Program-made: the position numbers and the translations under genes
DNA from: the human T2T-CHM13v2.0 reference genome, Homo sapiens
Reading direction: 5' to 3' (one strand)
Assembly (NCBI RefSeq): GCF_009914755.1
Contig: NC_060947.1
DNA: 64,000 nt
The notes under the pieces: model-generated
The model's input: the letters and a program-made list of their open reading frames with translations, nothing else
Database searches by the model: none
Told to the model about the DNA's origin: nothing
Shown here: one piece after another, positions 14,716 to 35,319 of the stretch
Position numbering within the stretch: position 1 is the first letter of the stretch
Layout: each line of letters starts with the position of its first letter

Positions 14716-15085
14716 GGGTAGGCTAAACTGCTATAATAAATTAACCCAAATATGTAATGGTTCAAATGCAACAGAGGGTCAATTCTTGTTTGTACAGCAA
14801 CCAGGCTGAATATGGAGGTCACTAGGTGGCCTTTCTACTTTCAACATGTGGTTTCCAATGTTGGTTTGGTTTTCACCATTCCTTTCTGTGGAGAGTCAAA
14901 TAAAGTTCTGAAGTGCATCTGTGGAGGTTCTATGGGCAAGTCTTGGAATTAACACATGTAACTTCTGCTCCCATTTGACTGGAGCGAATTTAGTCAGATG
15001 GTCTAACCTAACTGCAAGACAGGCTGGGAAATGTAGTCTAAGCTGTGTGCCCAGGACAAAGGGGAGAATAGATATTGGTAGACAA
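14716..15085 (-). mobile_element. MLT1-type MaLR LTR (old)
   Basis: taggctaaactgctataataa...aactgcaagacaggctgggaaatgtagtcta. Confidence 0.6.
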
Positions 15086-15433
15086 TAATAACAAATCCTA
15101 TTTATTATACCTCTATCTGTGTTTCATTTATTCAAACTGTTCTTTTTCAAATGGATCATAGAAGAACTTCATACTAAAGCACATGATTTCCTTATGGCCT
15201 GGCAAGGTTAGTATTTTCTCTCCCTCTTTCTCCTTCTCTTTCCCCAGTCCATCTTTAAGACCGAGGTGGCCTTAAATAGAGTTAAGCCTCTATGTAGTCC
15301 TTCTCTCCTCTCATATTTCTGAAGGCCATCTAGGCTGTCTCCTAGAGTTCCCTAGAGCAACAAGGCAGAAGTATCTGCCCCTATAGTACATACTGCTCCC
15401 CTGCAAAAATGGAGAAAAACCAATCAAATAGAA

Positions 15434-15478
15434 TACACACACACACGCGCGCGCGCATGCACGTGAGAGAGAGAGAGA
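15434..15478. repeat. Compound (CA)n(CG)n(GA)n microsatellite
   Basis: Direct reading. Confidence 0.85.
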
Positions 15479-15783
15479 CTTGCCAAACAGATTCTGTATA
15501 ACTTTTTAAAAGCTTGTTTTTAAGCCTGCATCACAGATATGATAATCATATTTCACTGTAAAAGAATTCAAGAATAAGCTAGCAATCAGGTGATTATACA
15601 TACAAGATGAGTTTCCTAAAATAGATAAAAATTCTCTTTCCCTGAATGCAATGGTCGAGCAAATGTCTCTTGTGGGAGAGGTTCTTATGTTATTGTTTGT
15701 TGTTTGGATGGATTGGAAGAGTCTTTATCACTCTGAGAATGGAATTATAGCTCTCAGTAAAGTTTGCAAATCTGCCCCTTCTT

Positions 15784-15785
<2 letters not shown>

Positions 15786-15823
<38 letters not shown>
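15786..15823. repeat. (TG)n microsatellite
   Basis: About 19 GT units. Confidence 0.95.
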
Positions 15824-15825
<2 letters not shown>

Positions 15826-17542
15826 ATTTAGGTATTGTCCTCCCTCCTGCAACCCCCCACACACTTATCCACCACATACTTTCCTGGTGAGAGTACTAAC
15901 ATCTTCTGGGAATTGACCAAGTACAAAACCTGGTCATACTGAGATAGCTAGCAGAATGAGTTTTTTGGGGGGAAGAAGATATGAAAGTGAGAGGTATGGA
16001 AGTAGGGACACAAAGAACACCGTTATAGAAATGGTGAATCAAATTCCATTAAATCATCAGTAATTCATTCTTTGGGCCTCAAAAGCATTCTAGTCTTCAA
16101 TAGACATTTAGTAAAATGCAAAAGCCTGGGGGAGGGATAATACTTTTAGATGTGCCCACTAATATGTCTACTAGAGGAAACAGCTGATGAGACAGCAAAT
16201 GGCAAGGCCCTATAAGAAGGAAATCAGGCTAGGCATGAACAGGGGGAAAGTGAAAATGTAGGAGGGTGGGGATGGAAAAGGAGGCTGAATAGGAATAGAA
16301 GGCACCAAGATAAGAGTTTATCTGCTTCATAAATTCGATTGGGTCCATGTTCAGATCTTCTGGTTCCCTCTTTTTCTTTTTCTGCAGTTTCCTCATGCTA
16401 TTTTATATTTCTTTTCCAAATCTCTATTTTTTTAACTACTAAATCAGATCCAGGGTTGATCTAGAAGATTGAAAGATGTGGAATCAGTGTGAAGTTTCTG
16501 GGCACAAATAGAGGAAGAATGCAACAGTAGAAAGCCAAGTTATAAGTCTAGCAAATGTCTCTTGAGAAAGAGAAATATGAAGTACAGGCAAATAGGTATT
16601 ATGGCATTTTCTCTTTTTCCCATCAGAGTTTCAATCTCAGTTTGTTTTCTGGCCCCAAATAACATTCAGCATCAAAATTACATTACGCCAGTTTTAGAAC
16701 AGAGGAAACTGGGAGATAGTCCAAGGAGAGAACATTAAAAAAAAAAAAAAAATCCGGGAAGATTGAGTTACAAGCTTTGCTCATTCCACAAAATAAAGTA
16801 AATTAAACAAAGAGGAAATTGGTGGTGGAGTTGCCAAAAGAAAGAACTTGCTTTGGGTTAGTGGAAACAAAAACAGAAACACCTATACCTTGAAACTTTT
16901 GAGTATGCTAGAATTCTTGAGGTTTCATTTAAAGTTTCATAAGTCTATCATTTATATTAAAATATTTTCAAAATGATAAACACTTTGTAGCTGAAAGGTT
17001 TCACTTTCCTAGGAATATATGACAGACATCTTTGTTTACATGCCATGACTTGAAAAACTCTAATAAAATAGAGATCTTACTACCAATGTTAAAATACTGC
17101 ACATACTGTTATTCTTGGAAGGCACATATCATGACCGTAATTAAGGAAATGTTCTTAAGAACCCAGTGTCTTATTGGATGTTGTTTATTAGTGCATAGCC
17201 AGTTGTGCATGCTCCTCCATGTCATGGTGTTGGCTTATTTTCTCTCTTTGTTCATTATTTTTTCTCCTCTAGGGGATTTATTTTTAGAATCTATTGAAAT
17301 TAAAGAGTTCAGTGGAATTGGACATAATAAATAAAAATGGCTTGACAGAAAAACAAAGAAATTCAAGAAAAAAAATACTTGATTTATCTTTGTGGGACAA
17401 ACCCTTGGCTTCTAAGGAAAAAGAACCGTTTTATCTAATTAACTGTTGCAATTCCTTAAGAGTTAACCTCTGGGGTGATTATTCTTGTTTGAGAAATTAA
17501 ATGGCTCCAGTGACTTCATAAAGCTTATCAGAAGTAGGTACA

Positions 17543-18679
<1,137 letters not shown>

Positions 18680-18964
18680 AAGTAGGTACAGAAATCCTTT
18701 GAGAACAGATCTTCCCTAGAGTTTTAATCCAAGTTTGCTCAAATATTCCAAAGTAAGACTGCCAATGTGCAGCCCAAGGAATAATTGATTGATTCCTGGT
18801 TATCTCTAGGTTAAACTATTTTGCTCTCTGTCATGTCCACCAGAAACGTGAGTGTTGTTCATATTACTCCAATTTCCTCTCTGTGATCCAAGTAGAAATA
18901 TAAAAGAAAATAAGAGGGAGGAGCTTCATTTAAAAAATCAAATGGAACAACAGTAGGAAATGAT

Positions 18965-19750
18965 ACCCTTTAGGCAACTCAAATTCAATATATGTAGAAC
19001 TTTATCTTCTCTACTCCAAATCTGCTTCTCCTACTAACTTACATTGCTAATGGCATCACCACCAATATGGTTCAAGTCCTAAAGCCTAGAATAGTCTTGA
19101 CATCTCCAATGCCCACATGTAGCCACTTATCAAGTTTTCTTTATTTCACCTCAAAAAAAATCTCTCATATCAGTCCCTTCCTCTCTTACCCCACTGCCAC
19201 TGACCTAGACTTTGCTCTCATCATTTCTCACAAAAACCTCTTAGTCCCTCAGATTTCCTCTTTGCCAATATTCCCCCCTTAATCTGTCTGCCACACTGCC
19301 ATCCACACATCTCTCTAAAAGTCCAATCTGAGTATTCCTTTGCTTACAGTCCCTCATTCACGTCCACTACTTATAGAATTATAGCTAAATTCCTTAGCAT
19401 GGAGTTCAAGGTTTTTCACAGCCTAACCTAGTCTACCTTTCCAATCTCATCTGCAGTCATTCATTTCCATGCATCTTATACACTAGTACCCACTAGTACC
19501 CAGGATTTATTTCTCCTAGCTGAACTATGTAGTTTCAGACCTGTTTTTTTTCCTAATGCTTTTTCTGTCTATCTGGGTGCCCTCATCACCTTCAGCCACT
19601 ATTAACTCATGCTTAAAGATCCAACTCTCAAATATCACCTTTGTTCTTCAGCTTTCCCTTCATTTCCACAGCCCCCCCCCCCGCCAACACACACACCCTA
19701 GGCACATAGAAATAATTGTTCACTCATGTATGTTCTTATGAGAACTTTTC
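18965..19750 (+). mobile_element. LINE-2 fragment
   Basis: ggcaactcaaattcaatat...tggcatcaccacc...ctaaattccttagcatggagttcaagg. Confidence 0.6.
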
Positions 19751-22359
19751 TTATCGCTCTTACAAATTTATATCTTATGTGGGTTATATGTATAAACTTG
19801 TCTTGCCTTATTGCCTGTTTTCTCGCATTCCTGCCAAGTATGTATCACCATGGTCTATATCAAGTGTCCCTGTTAACCCTCATTCTATAGCTGATTGGTC
19901 CAAAGGAGAAACAGTGCTTCACAATGGACAGATCTCGTGGTCATCACATTAAACAAATGGTCAAGGTTGACATCACTAGCAGTGGAACAGCTTAAAATTA
20001 CATGCCTACTTAAAATTATATGTGATACTTTGGGAAGTATACACACTGCCCTTGTGATCTTGCTAGACAAGTCTCACCTGGGGCTAATCACAAGTAAGCA
20101 TTCAAATAAATCCAGAATGTGAGATATTCTACAGAATATCTGGCCTGGGCTCTTCAAAAGACTCAATGAAATGAAAATGAGGTGATGGGAATCTCACATC
20201 TACTCTAAATCTTTAGCGCTATCAGCCAGAGCCTTTGAATTCAAGCCAGATAATAATCCCTTCCCGTGAATGCAGCATGTCTCAAATCCTCTCAGAAGTG
20301 TAACCCACCTACAATTGTTCACTGCCATTCACCAGGGAAAGGCCAGGATTCTCAAGTAACTGTCAAGCAGCTAAATACACATATCCTGTTATCCTTGATT
20401 ACCTTCCAAGATACAAATTCATTCAGCTGCCTATTCTTCCTTTAACTACTATTTCTTTTCCCCTGACTGAATTTACCACTGATGGCTTAATCTCTTAACT
20501 CTCCATCATGCCTTTTAAAACATCCATTACATTTTAACAAAGTGTGCTCCTTCACTGATGGTTAACTTTCTTCTCTGACCTTAATTTAAATAGAGTTATC
20601 TCTGGATAACACATCTCTTGCCATACCGTCAAGTGGAGGCTGCTATTTCTTCCACATTCAATTCAGCTCTGGGTCAAGTGATAGGATCAGTATCCTTTTA
20701 ATTTTACACTACTGCTTCCACAACACACATCTACTTTGTGAAAACCTCAGTTCATGCAATTAGCTCTAACCCCATCTTCTTTGGTTGCAGATTCTACCAA
20801 TTACTGCTAATGTTCCTCCATTCAATGAAGATTAAATATATTTCATTTGTCTTCTTTTCCATTCCCAGTGCCGAAGTCCTAGGGTATTTCAAATCTAAGT
20901 TAATGAATCACTCAGCATTCTGAACTTTCAGTACCTTAATCTCTTTATCTTCCATGACTTCTACCCCGTTTCAGCAATCCACTTCCATGGTGACACTCTG
21001 GACCTTGTAATCACTCATGACTAATTATCTCTGAAATAAATTTGGCCACTATACAATTTGACAACATTTTTAGGAATCTCACTCTATCAATCTCAAGATG
21101 TCAGTTCTTCAACCATAGCTCACAGACCCATTTACTTCATTCATATGAACCATCCTTTGTCTTTGCTTTACCTCCCTATCAAACTTAGGTTGCATGGTCT
21201 ATCACTTCAACCCTCTCTTGGCAGTATCCTTAACTCCCATGCTATGTGGCCTACCACTTGCTTGATAAAGTGTTCTATCTAAAAGTATATTTAAATATAC
21301 GTTAATTGTGCTATTAAAATCTTCTTTATCCTTACTGATTTTTTGGTCTGCTTGATGACTCGAACACTGAGAAAATTATGCTAAAATATTTGTGATAGAT
21401 TTGTTAATTTTTCCTTTTGTTTCTATAAATTTTGCTTTATTTAAGGCAAAGATATTAGATGCATACAAATTTGGCCTTTTTAATAACTATGTGATGAGTT
21501 GAAATTTTTATTATATGGTAACTTTTTCTAGGAATGTGTCATATTTATTGCCTATTTTGTCCCATAATAGTATAATACATAAGTTCTCTACTGTTGAACT
21601 ATATCTGCTAACTTTACTGGGATTTTACATTCAACCCTTCAGTGTATCTTTTAAATAGCATATACTTGGATGTTTTAAGCTCTTATATTTTTAAATTCAG
21701 TCTGTCAATCTTTGTCTTCAACTGGAAATTTAGCTCCATTTACACTTATTGCCTACAATTTTCATAGTTCTTTTGTCTTGCTTTTCTCCATATTTTGTAA
21801 TCTTTTAAAAAGTTTTATTGAGATATAAGTCACATATCATAGAATTTACTCTTTTAAAGTATAAAACTCAATGGTTTTTAGTATACAGAGCTGTGTAACC
21901 TTCAACACTCTCAATTTTAGAATGTTTTTATCATCACAAAAAGAAACCCCATATGCATTCGCAGGCACAGCCCATGCCCTGCCCCAACCCTGTCAGCCCT
22001 AAGCAACCATCAATCTATGTTCTGTCTCTATAGATTTACCTATTCTGGACATTTCATATAAATGAAATCATATAATGTTGGTCTTTTGTGACTGGCTTCT
22101 TAGCATGTTTTCAAGGTTGACCCATGATATAGCATGTGTCAATTCATCATTCCTTTTCATTGCCTAATAATATTACATTGTGTGGATATACCATGTTTTG
22201 CTTATTTATTCATCAGTTAATGGACATCTAGGTTGTTTCCACTTTGGGCTATTATAAATAATGCTGGTATAAACATCCATGAACAAAATTGTGTGGACAT
22301 ATATTTTTATTTCTCTTGGGTGACACCTAAAAGTAAAATTCCTGGATCAGAAGTCCTAG

Positions 22360-22649
22360 TCTATTCATGTCATTTGCCCACTGTCTTCTGGTCACTTCTC
22401 ACAATGTCCCTTCAGCTCCTGAGTCCGTATGGCCTGGTTTTTCCTCGGTTATAATAATAAAACAGAGATTATTATAATAGTAAAACAGAGATTGATACTA
22501 CAGCTAATGATTAATAATATTCATATATGATCATCTCTATATCTTATTTCTATTATAACTTTTCTTATTCTAACTATTTTCTTTATTATATTGGAATGGG
22601 TTGTGCCTTCAGTCTCTTGCTTCGGCACCTGGGTTGCTTTCCGCCCACA
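22360..22649 (-). mobile_element. LTR13-like (ERVK class) LTR, 5' ~290 bp only
   Basis: Minus strand starts tgtgggcggaaagcaacccaggtgccgaagcaagagac...ttccaatataataaa, matching the recalled LTR13 start. Confidence 0.65.
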
Positions 22650-24683
22650 ATACACATTACATCTTTATACATTATAAACCGGTCAACAGTTTTCTCAATA
22701 TTGCTTTATGCTGATGTCTTTCAAGTCAGATAGGAGAAGAAGAGTTACAAACAAGATGTATTTACATTGAGTATTATATTTACCTATAATGATGTTCTTT
22801 ATCTCTTCGTGTAGATTCGAGTTACTGCCCATCATTCCTTCATTTCAGGTTAAAAGATTGATTACCTGTTAGTGTTTCTTATATGGTGGGTCTGCTAGGA
22901 TGAATTCTGTCATTTTTTTTCTCCTTCATTTTTTAATAATCTTGTTACAGAATTCTTATTTGAATCTTTTCCTTTCAGCACATTCAATGCCATCCCACTG
23001 CCTTATGGCCTCTATTTTTTACTGATGAGAAATTAGTATTTTTATTGAGGATCTCTTGCACCTGATCAGTCATTTTTCTCTTGCATCTTTCAAATTTCTC
23101 TTGTCTTTTGATAAGTTTGAATATCATTTATCTTGGTGTAGATGTATTTGAGTTTATTTTACTTCATTTATTGAACTTCTTAGTATGTAGGTTTTCATAA
23201 AATTTGGAAAGTTTTCAGCCATTATTTCTTCAAAATGTGCTTACTGGCCTGCTTTTTTTTTTCATTGGAAGTCCCATTATGTGTAAGTTGGTACACTTGA
23301 TGGTGTCCCACAGGTTTCTGCTTTTTCTTCATTTCTTTCTGTTCCTCTGAGTAGATCCTCTCAAGTGTCCTACTTTTAAGATTTCTGGTTCTTCTGTGAG
23401 CTCAAATCTGCTTTTGAGCTCTACCCTCTGCTATGCCCCCGCACCCTAATGAACTACATTTCGAATGCAAAATTTTTATTTGATTCTGTCATATAGATTT
23501 TGTCTCTTTATTGATCTTCTCTATTTTGTAAACATCATTTTCATAATTCCTTTAATTCTTGAAGCATGGTTTCCTTTAGTTTTGTGAACATTTATAATTG
23601 TTTATAAATTTTGCATAGTATATCAAACATGTGGGCTTCCTCAGGTCTAATGACTACTTTTCCTGTGTATGCACCATATTTTCCATTTCTTTGTGTGTCT
23701 TTAAATTTCTTGTTGAGAATTGGATATGTTATATAATGTGGCAACTCTGGAAATCAGACTCCCCGCCACTACCCACCCAGGGTTTGTTGTTATCACTGTT
23801 TGCTTAGGATTTCTCTGATCTAATTCTTTAGAGTCTGTATTCTTCATTGTGAGCAGCCACTGATGTCTCTGTTCAGATAGTTTAGTGGTCAGCAAATGAT
23901 TAAACAGAGATTATCTTAAATACCTTCAATCAAAAAGTCTGCCCTCGGGGCTCTTTTATTTGTTGGAGAATGCCTTCAATGCTCTGACAGTTTGGAACTC
24001 CACCTTATCCTTCATCGCTTGCCTATGCAGAGCTTCAAAGTTAGCCAGAGGCAAGAAACTAGGGTCTTCTTAGGTCTTTCTTGTGTATGCACCCAGTCTT
24101 CCACTTGTGTATGGCCATCTAGATCTCCAGAAATACATCAGAACTTTTCAAAGACACCTTTGGACATCTCATTCTCCAAATTTTTATGTTTTGGGGCCTA
24201 CTGTTTGTTTAACCCAACTGTTGCTGATGCCTCAAGAAACTGTGATGTCAAATAATTGCTTCTAATTTTTTAATGGAAAATATCCTGGAGATAGGCCTTT
24301 CTTCACTGAGCAAGTCATGAATCAAACCAAATAAAGACCAGTCCTGATAATAAGACTTTTCCAAGGAACTGCCAGAATGATCAAATAGTGACAATTATTG
24401 AGCTAGGACTCTTTTGGGAGCTGCAAGCCCATTCTGCCCCCTTCTGTATTTGCTAGGTTGCAGATATGCACAGATACATATGGTTCTGTGGCTGTTGGTT
24501 TTCAAGGCTATCACAGAGTAGGGGAGAGGATGGGAATAGGGCATGCTAACATGTCATAATTCTCAGCATTCTTACTGAATTCAGCCATTTTTATTAAATA
24601 AATGTTCCTTGGATTGTTGGAGACCTTTGGTTGATTTCCAGAATCATGAGAAAGTTAATTTTGGCAATTTTTGCTAGTGTTCT

Positions 24684-25090
24684 TGTTACTGATGGAGGTT
24701 CTTGACTACAAGTTGTCCAGATTCTTGGCATGTTGATCAAAGAATTGAACAAAATGCACAAAGCAATGAAAGAATGAAGCAGTGAAAGCACAGGTTTACT
24801 GAAGTGAAAGTACACTCCACAGGGTGGGAGCAGGCTCAATCAAGTGGCTCAAGATCCCCAGTTGCAATATTTTCTCGGTTTTAAGTACCCTTTAGAGGTT
24901 TCCCATTGGTTACACCATATGTAAATGAAGTTTTGGCCCATAACCCATCGTAGGCTGAAGGTTTGGCCAGTGAACAGAAGCTGAAGTGAAGGTTTGGCTT
25001 GTGACCAATCAGAGGCTGAAGGTTTGGTCTGTGACCAATCAGAGGCTGATGTGAAGGTTCCCTGTCTCTTGACTCTATTCTCCTGCCTCA
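24684..25090 (-). mobile_element. MER51-like ERV1 solo LTR
   Basis: TG...CA bounded; minus strand starts tgaggcaggagaatagag...agggaacc; repeated ctctgattggtcac boxes. Confidence 0.7.
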
Positions 25091-25350
25091 TTGTCATTGC
25101 CTTTATGAAGGAATGAATTTTCAGAGGTGCTTACCCCACCAGTGCAGACATGTTTCTCTCATCATCCTTCATGTTTTCCTCTTAGGTCATTTTACCCTTA
25201 TTTTAGAATACTCTGTCTTTAACCATTTAATGGTTACCCTTGGTATTTTCTCATGCATACTTAATGTCTAAAGTTAAACATTTTACCTTCTTTTGAGAAG
25301 ACAAGGGCCACAGAACATTAACTCAGATGATACCTCCCTCACGAGGTATG

Positions 25351-27682
25351 TGATATGGTTTGGCTGTGTCCCCATCCAAATCTCATCTTGAACTCTAGCT
25401 CCCATGATTCCCACATGTCATGAGAGGGACCCAATGAGAGATAATTGAATCATGGGGGCAGGTCTTTCCCACGCTGTTCTCACAATAGTGAATAACTCTC
25501 ACAAGATTTGATAGTTTTATAAAGGGGAGTTCCCCTGCACATGCTCTCTCTTGTCTGCTGCCATGTTAAGACTTGACTTTGCTCCTCATTCACCTTCAGC
25601 CATGATTGTGAGGCCTCCCTAGCCATGTGGAACTATGAGTCAATTAAACCTCTTTCTTTTATAAGTTACCCAGTCTTGGGTATGTCTTTATTAGCAGTGT
25701 GAGAACAGACTAATACAGTAAATTGGTACCAGGTAGTGGGACGCTGCTGTAAAGATAACCAAAAATGTGGAAGCAATTTTGGAACTGGGTAACAGGCAGA
25801 GGTTGGAACAGTTTGGGGGGCTCAGAAGACAGGAAGATGTGAGAAAGTTTGGAACTTCCTAGAGACTTGTTGAATGGCTTTGATCAAAATGCTGATAGTA
25901 ATATGGACAACAAAGCCCAGGCTGAGGTGGTCTCAGATGGAGATGAGGAACTTGTTAGAAAATGGAGCAAAGGTGACTCTTGCTATGCTTTAGCAAAAAG
26001 ACTGGTGGCATTTTACCCCTGTCCTAGAGATCTGTCAAACTTTGAACTTGAGAGAAATGATTTAGGGTATCTGGTGGAAGAAATTTCTAAGCACTCAAGA
26101 GATGATTTGGGTGCTGTCAAAAGCATTCAGTTTTATGTATTCACAAAAATATGGTTTGGAATTGGAACTTATGTTTAGAAGGGAAGCAGAGCATAAAAGT
26201 TCAGAAAATTTGCAGCCTGATGATGCGATAGAAAAGAAAACCCCATTTTCTGAGGAGAAATTCAAGCTGGCTGCAGAAGTCTGCATAAGTAAAGAGGAGC
26301 CAAATGTTAATTGCCAAGACAATGGGGAAAATGTCTCCAGGGCATGTCGGAGGTCTTCACGGCAGCTCCTCCCATCACAGGCCCAGAGGCCAAGGAGGCA
26401 ACACAATGGTTTTGTGGGCTGGACCCAGGGCCTTGCTGTTTTGTGCAATCTTGGGACTTGATGCCCTGTGTCCCAGTCATGGCTAAAAGGAGCCAACACA
26501 GAGCTTAGGCTGTTGCTTCAGAGGGTGCAAGCCCCAAGCCTTGGCAGCTTACACATGGTGTTGGGCCTGCGGGTGCACATAAGTCAAGAATTGAGGTTTG
26601 GAAACCTCTGGCTAGATCTCAGAAAATGTATGGAAATGCCTGGATGTCCAGGCAGATGTGTGCTGCAGAGGCAGAGCCCTCATGAAGACCCTGTTAGGGC
26701 AGTGTGGAAGGGAAATGTGGGTTGGAACCCCCACACAGAGTCTCCACTGAGGCACTGCCTAGTGGAACTGTGAGAGAAGGACTACCATTCTCCAGAATCA
26801 AGAAAGGTTGATCTACTGACAGCTTGCACCATGCACCTGGAAAACCTGCAGACACTCAACGCCAGCTGGTGAAAGCAGCCAGGAGAGGGGTTTTACCCTG
26901 TAAAGCCACAGGGGAAGAGCTGCCCAAGACCATGAGAACCCACCTCTTGCATCAGTGTGACCTGGATGTGAGACATGGAGTCAAAGGAGATCATTTTGGA
27001 GCTTTAAGATTTGACTGCCCCCTGGATTTCAAAGTTGCATGGGGCCTGTAGCCCTTTTGGTTTGGACAATTTCTCCCACTTGGAAAGGGTGTATTTACCC
27101 AATGCCTGTACCTGCATTCTGTCTAGGAAGTAGCTAACTTGCCTTTGATTTTTCAGGCTCCTAGGTGGAAGGGACTTGCCTTGTCTCAGATGAGACTTTG
27201 GACTGTTGACTTCTGAGTTAACGTTGAAATGAGTTAAGATTTTGGGGAACTGTTGGGAAGACATGATTGGTTTTGAAATGTGAGGACATGAGATTTGGCA
27301 GGGGCTAGGAGTGGAATGATATGGTTTGTCTGTGTTCCCACCCAAATCTAATCTTGAATTCAAGCTCCCATAATTCCCAAGTATTATGAGAGGGACCCAG
27401 TGGGAGATAATTGAATTATGGGGGTGGTTCTTTCCCATGCTGTTCTCATGATAGTGAATAACTCTCACAAGATCTGATGGTTTTATAAAAGGGAGTTCCC
27501 CTGCACATGCTCTCTCTTGCCTGCTGCCATGTAAGACTTGACTTTGCTCCTCATTCACCTCCAGCCATGATGGTGAGGTCTCCCTACCCATGTGGAACTG
27601 TGAGTCAATTAAACCTTTTTCTTTTATAAATTACCCAGTCTTGGGTATGTCTTTATTAGCAGTATGAGAACATACTAATACA
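25351..27682 (+). mobile_element. Full-length THE1B MaLR element (LTR 25351-25717, internal region, LTR 27317-27682)
   Basis: Two direct LTRs tgatatggtttg...ctaataca; purine tract before the 3' LTR; perfect 5-bp TSD GTATG (25346-25350 / 27683-27687). Confidence 0.95.
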
Positions 27683-28099
27683 GTATGTAAATATGGTCTG
27701 GTATTTTATTTTCATCTTATATTTTCTTTAATTCCTCAAATTAGCCACTGTTATCACTTAGTACAGACAATATTTGTTTTTATTTTCCCATGTACTAACC
27801 TATACTGCCTCCCTCCCCAAACTTAACTCTAGAGAAACTATAAAGGGAAATGTAAGGCTCAAGAACTAATAAAATATCCTTGAAACCCCACTGTGAAGAC
27901 ATGAATGTATGTATGTGAAGTGGAACAGGGGGCTGCACCTGGTGCAAACAATAGTTGGAGGCAGCAGAGAGAAGAATGGTTAGGAAAAAGAAGTTGATGT
28001 TTTGGTTTTGCCTCTACACTGCATTGCTTTGAGACAATGATTACACTACAATGAGAGTAGATGCATATGACCATAGGGCTAATATCAGAGTAACCAACT

Positions 28100-29124
28100 G
28101 AAATATAAAGTACTATAAAATTATGAGCAAGTGGGATTTATCTCATCAATACATCAGAAAATCTATTCATGTAAATCGTCACATAACAGATTATTGGATT
28201 AAATTATAATTGATGCAGAAAAGTATTTGATAGGTTCAACATCTCCTTTTGATTATGTAGAAAATCTAGAAAACTAGGATACTTGATATTCAAAAACCTA
28301 CAGAAAATATTATAGTTAATGGAATAACATTAATGACATTCCTGTTAAGTCCAAGAAGAGAACACAGAAGCTAGCCAACACCATAGTTTAACATAGTACT
28401 GCAGGTCCTGGCCAATGTTATAAACAAATAAGAGGTTTGTGTGTTAGAAGACCTTAAAATCATTATTATTTGAAAATTATATAGTCATTCACATAGAAGA
28501 ATCAGTAGAATCAGCAAATCATTAAAACTAAGAATAGTTAAGCAAAATTATTAAATACAAAATCAACATTTTCCCATGCCAGAAATAACCAATTAAAAAC
28601 ATACTTTTAATAACATACCATTTACAATTGCCTCAGAATAATATCTAGGGATTAAGTTAATCAGGGAGGACCAAGACCTCTATGGAGAAAATGACAAAAC
28701 TCTTAATAGAGGACACAGATGATCTGAATAGAAATACATTCAATGTTCTTGAATGGGTTGACATTATAAATATATCAATTATCCCCAAATTAATATTTAA
28801 ACATAATGTAATCTCAGCCAAAATTCCAGTTGAAATCTTTAAGTCAATAAATGTACTAAAATGTATGCAGTAGAATAAAGGTCCACAAATTGTTATGCCA
28901 ACCTTAATAAGGATAAGGAAAGGGCCATAACAACTTTTTACATTTTAAAAAACCTGTGATATTGGTGTAACTAATCTAATAGACCTATAGAATAAAATAG
29001 AAGTCTCAGAGATAGACACACGTATATATGGAATTTGGTAAATGATAAAGGTAGCACCACAAATAAAAAAACAAAGGATCATGTAGTAGGTACTATTGAG
29101 AAAACGTACTCTCCATAGGAAGAA
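28100..29124 (+). mobile_element. Old L1M ORF2 remnant
   Basis: Degenerate RT-region motifs (caagtgggattta, gatgcagaaaagtatttga; ORF 28682-28873 IINISIIPKLI). Confidence 0.65.
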
Positions 29125-29134
29125 AATAAATGAG

Positions 29135-35319
<6,185 letters not shown>

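Larger units (their letters stand above)
21260..25345 (-). mobile_element. Old L1M fragments (with nested L1MB 3' end ~21810-22350 and LTR insertions)
   Basis: T-rich antisense L1 motifs (ttgagatataagtcacatatcat, ctattctggacatttcatataaatg, tttggaaagttttcagccattattt); boundaries approximate. Confidence 0.6.

Noticed and set aside
27004-27591. 195-aa minus-strand ORF
   Set aside because: Lies wholly within THE1B internal/LTR sequence in antisense; no recognisable domain
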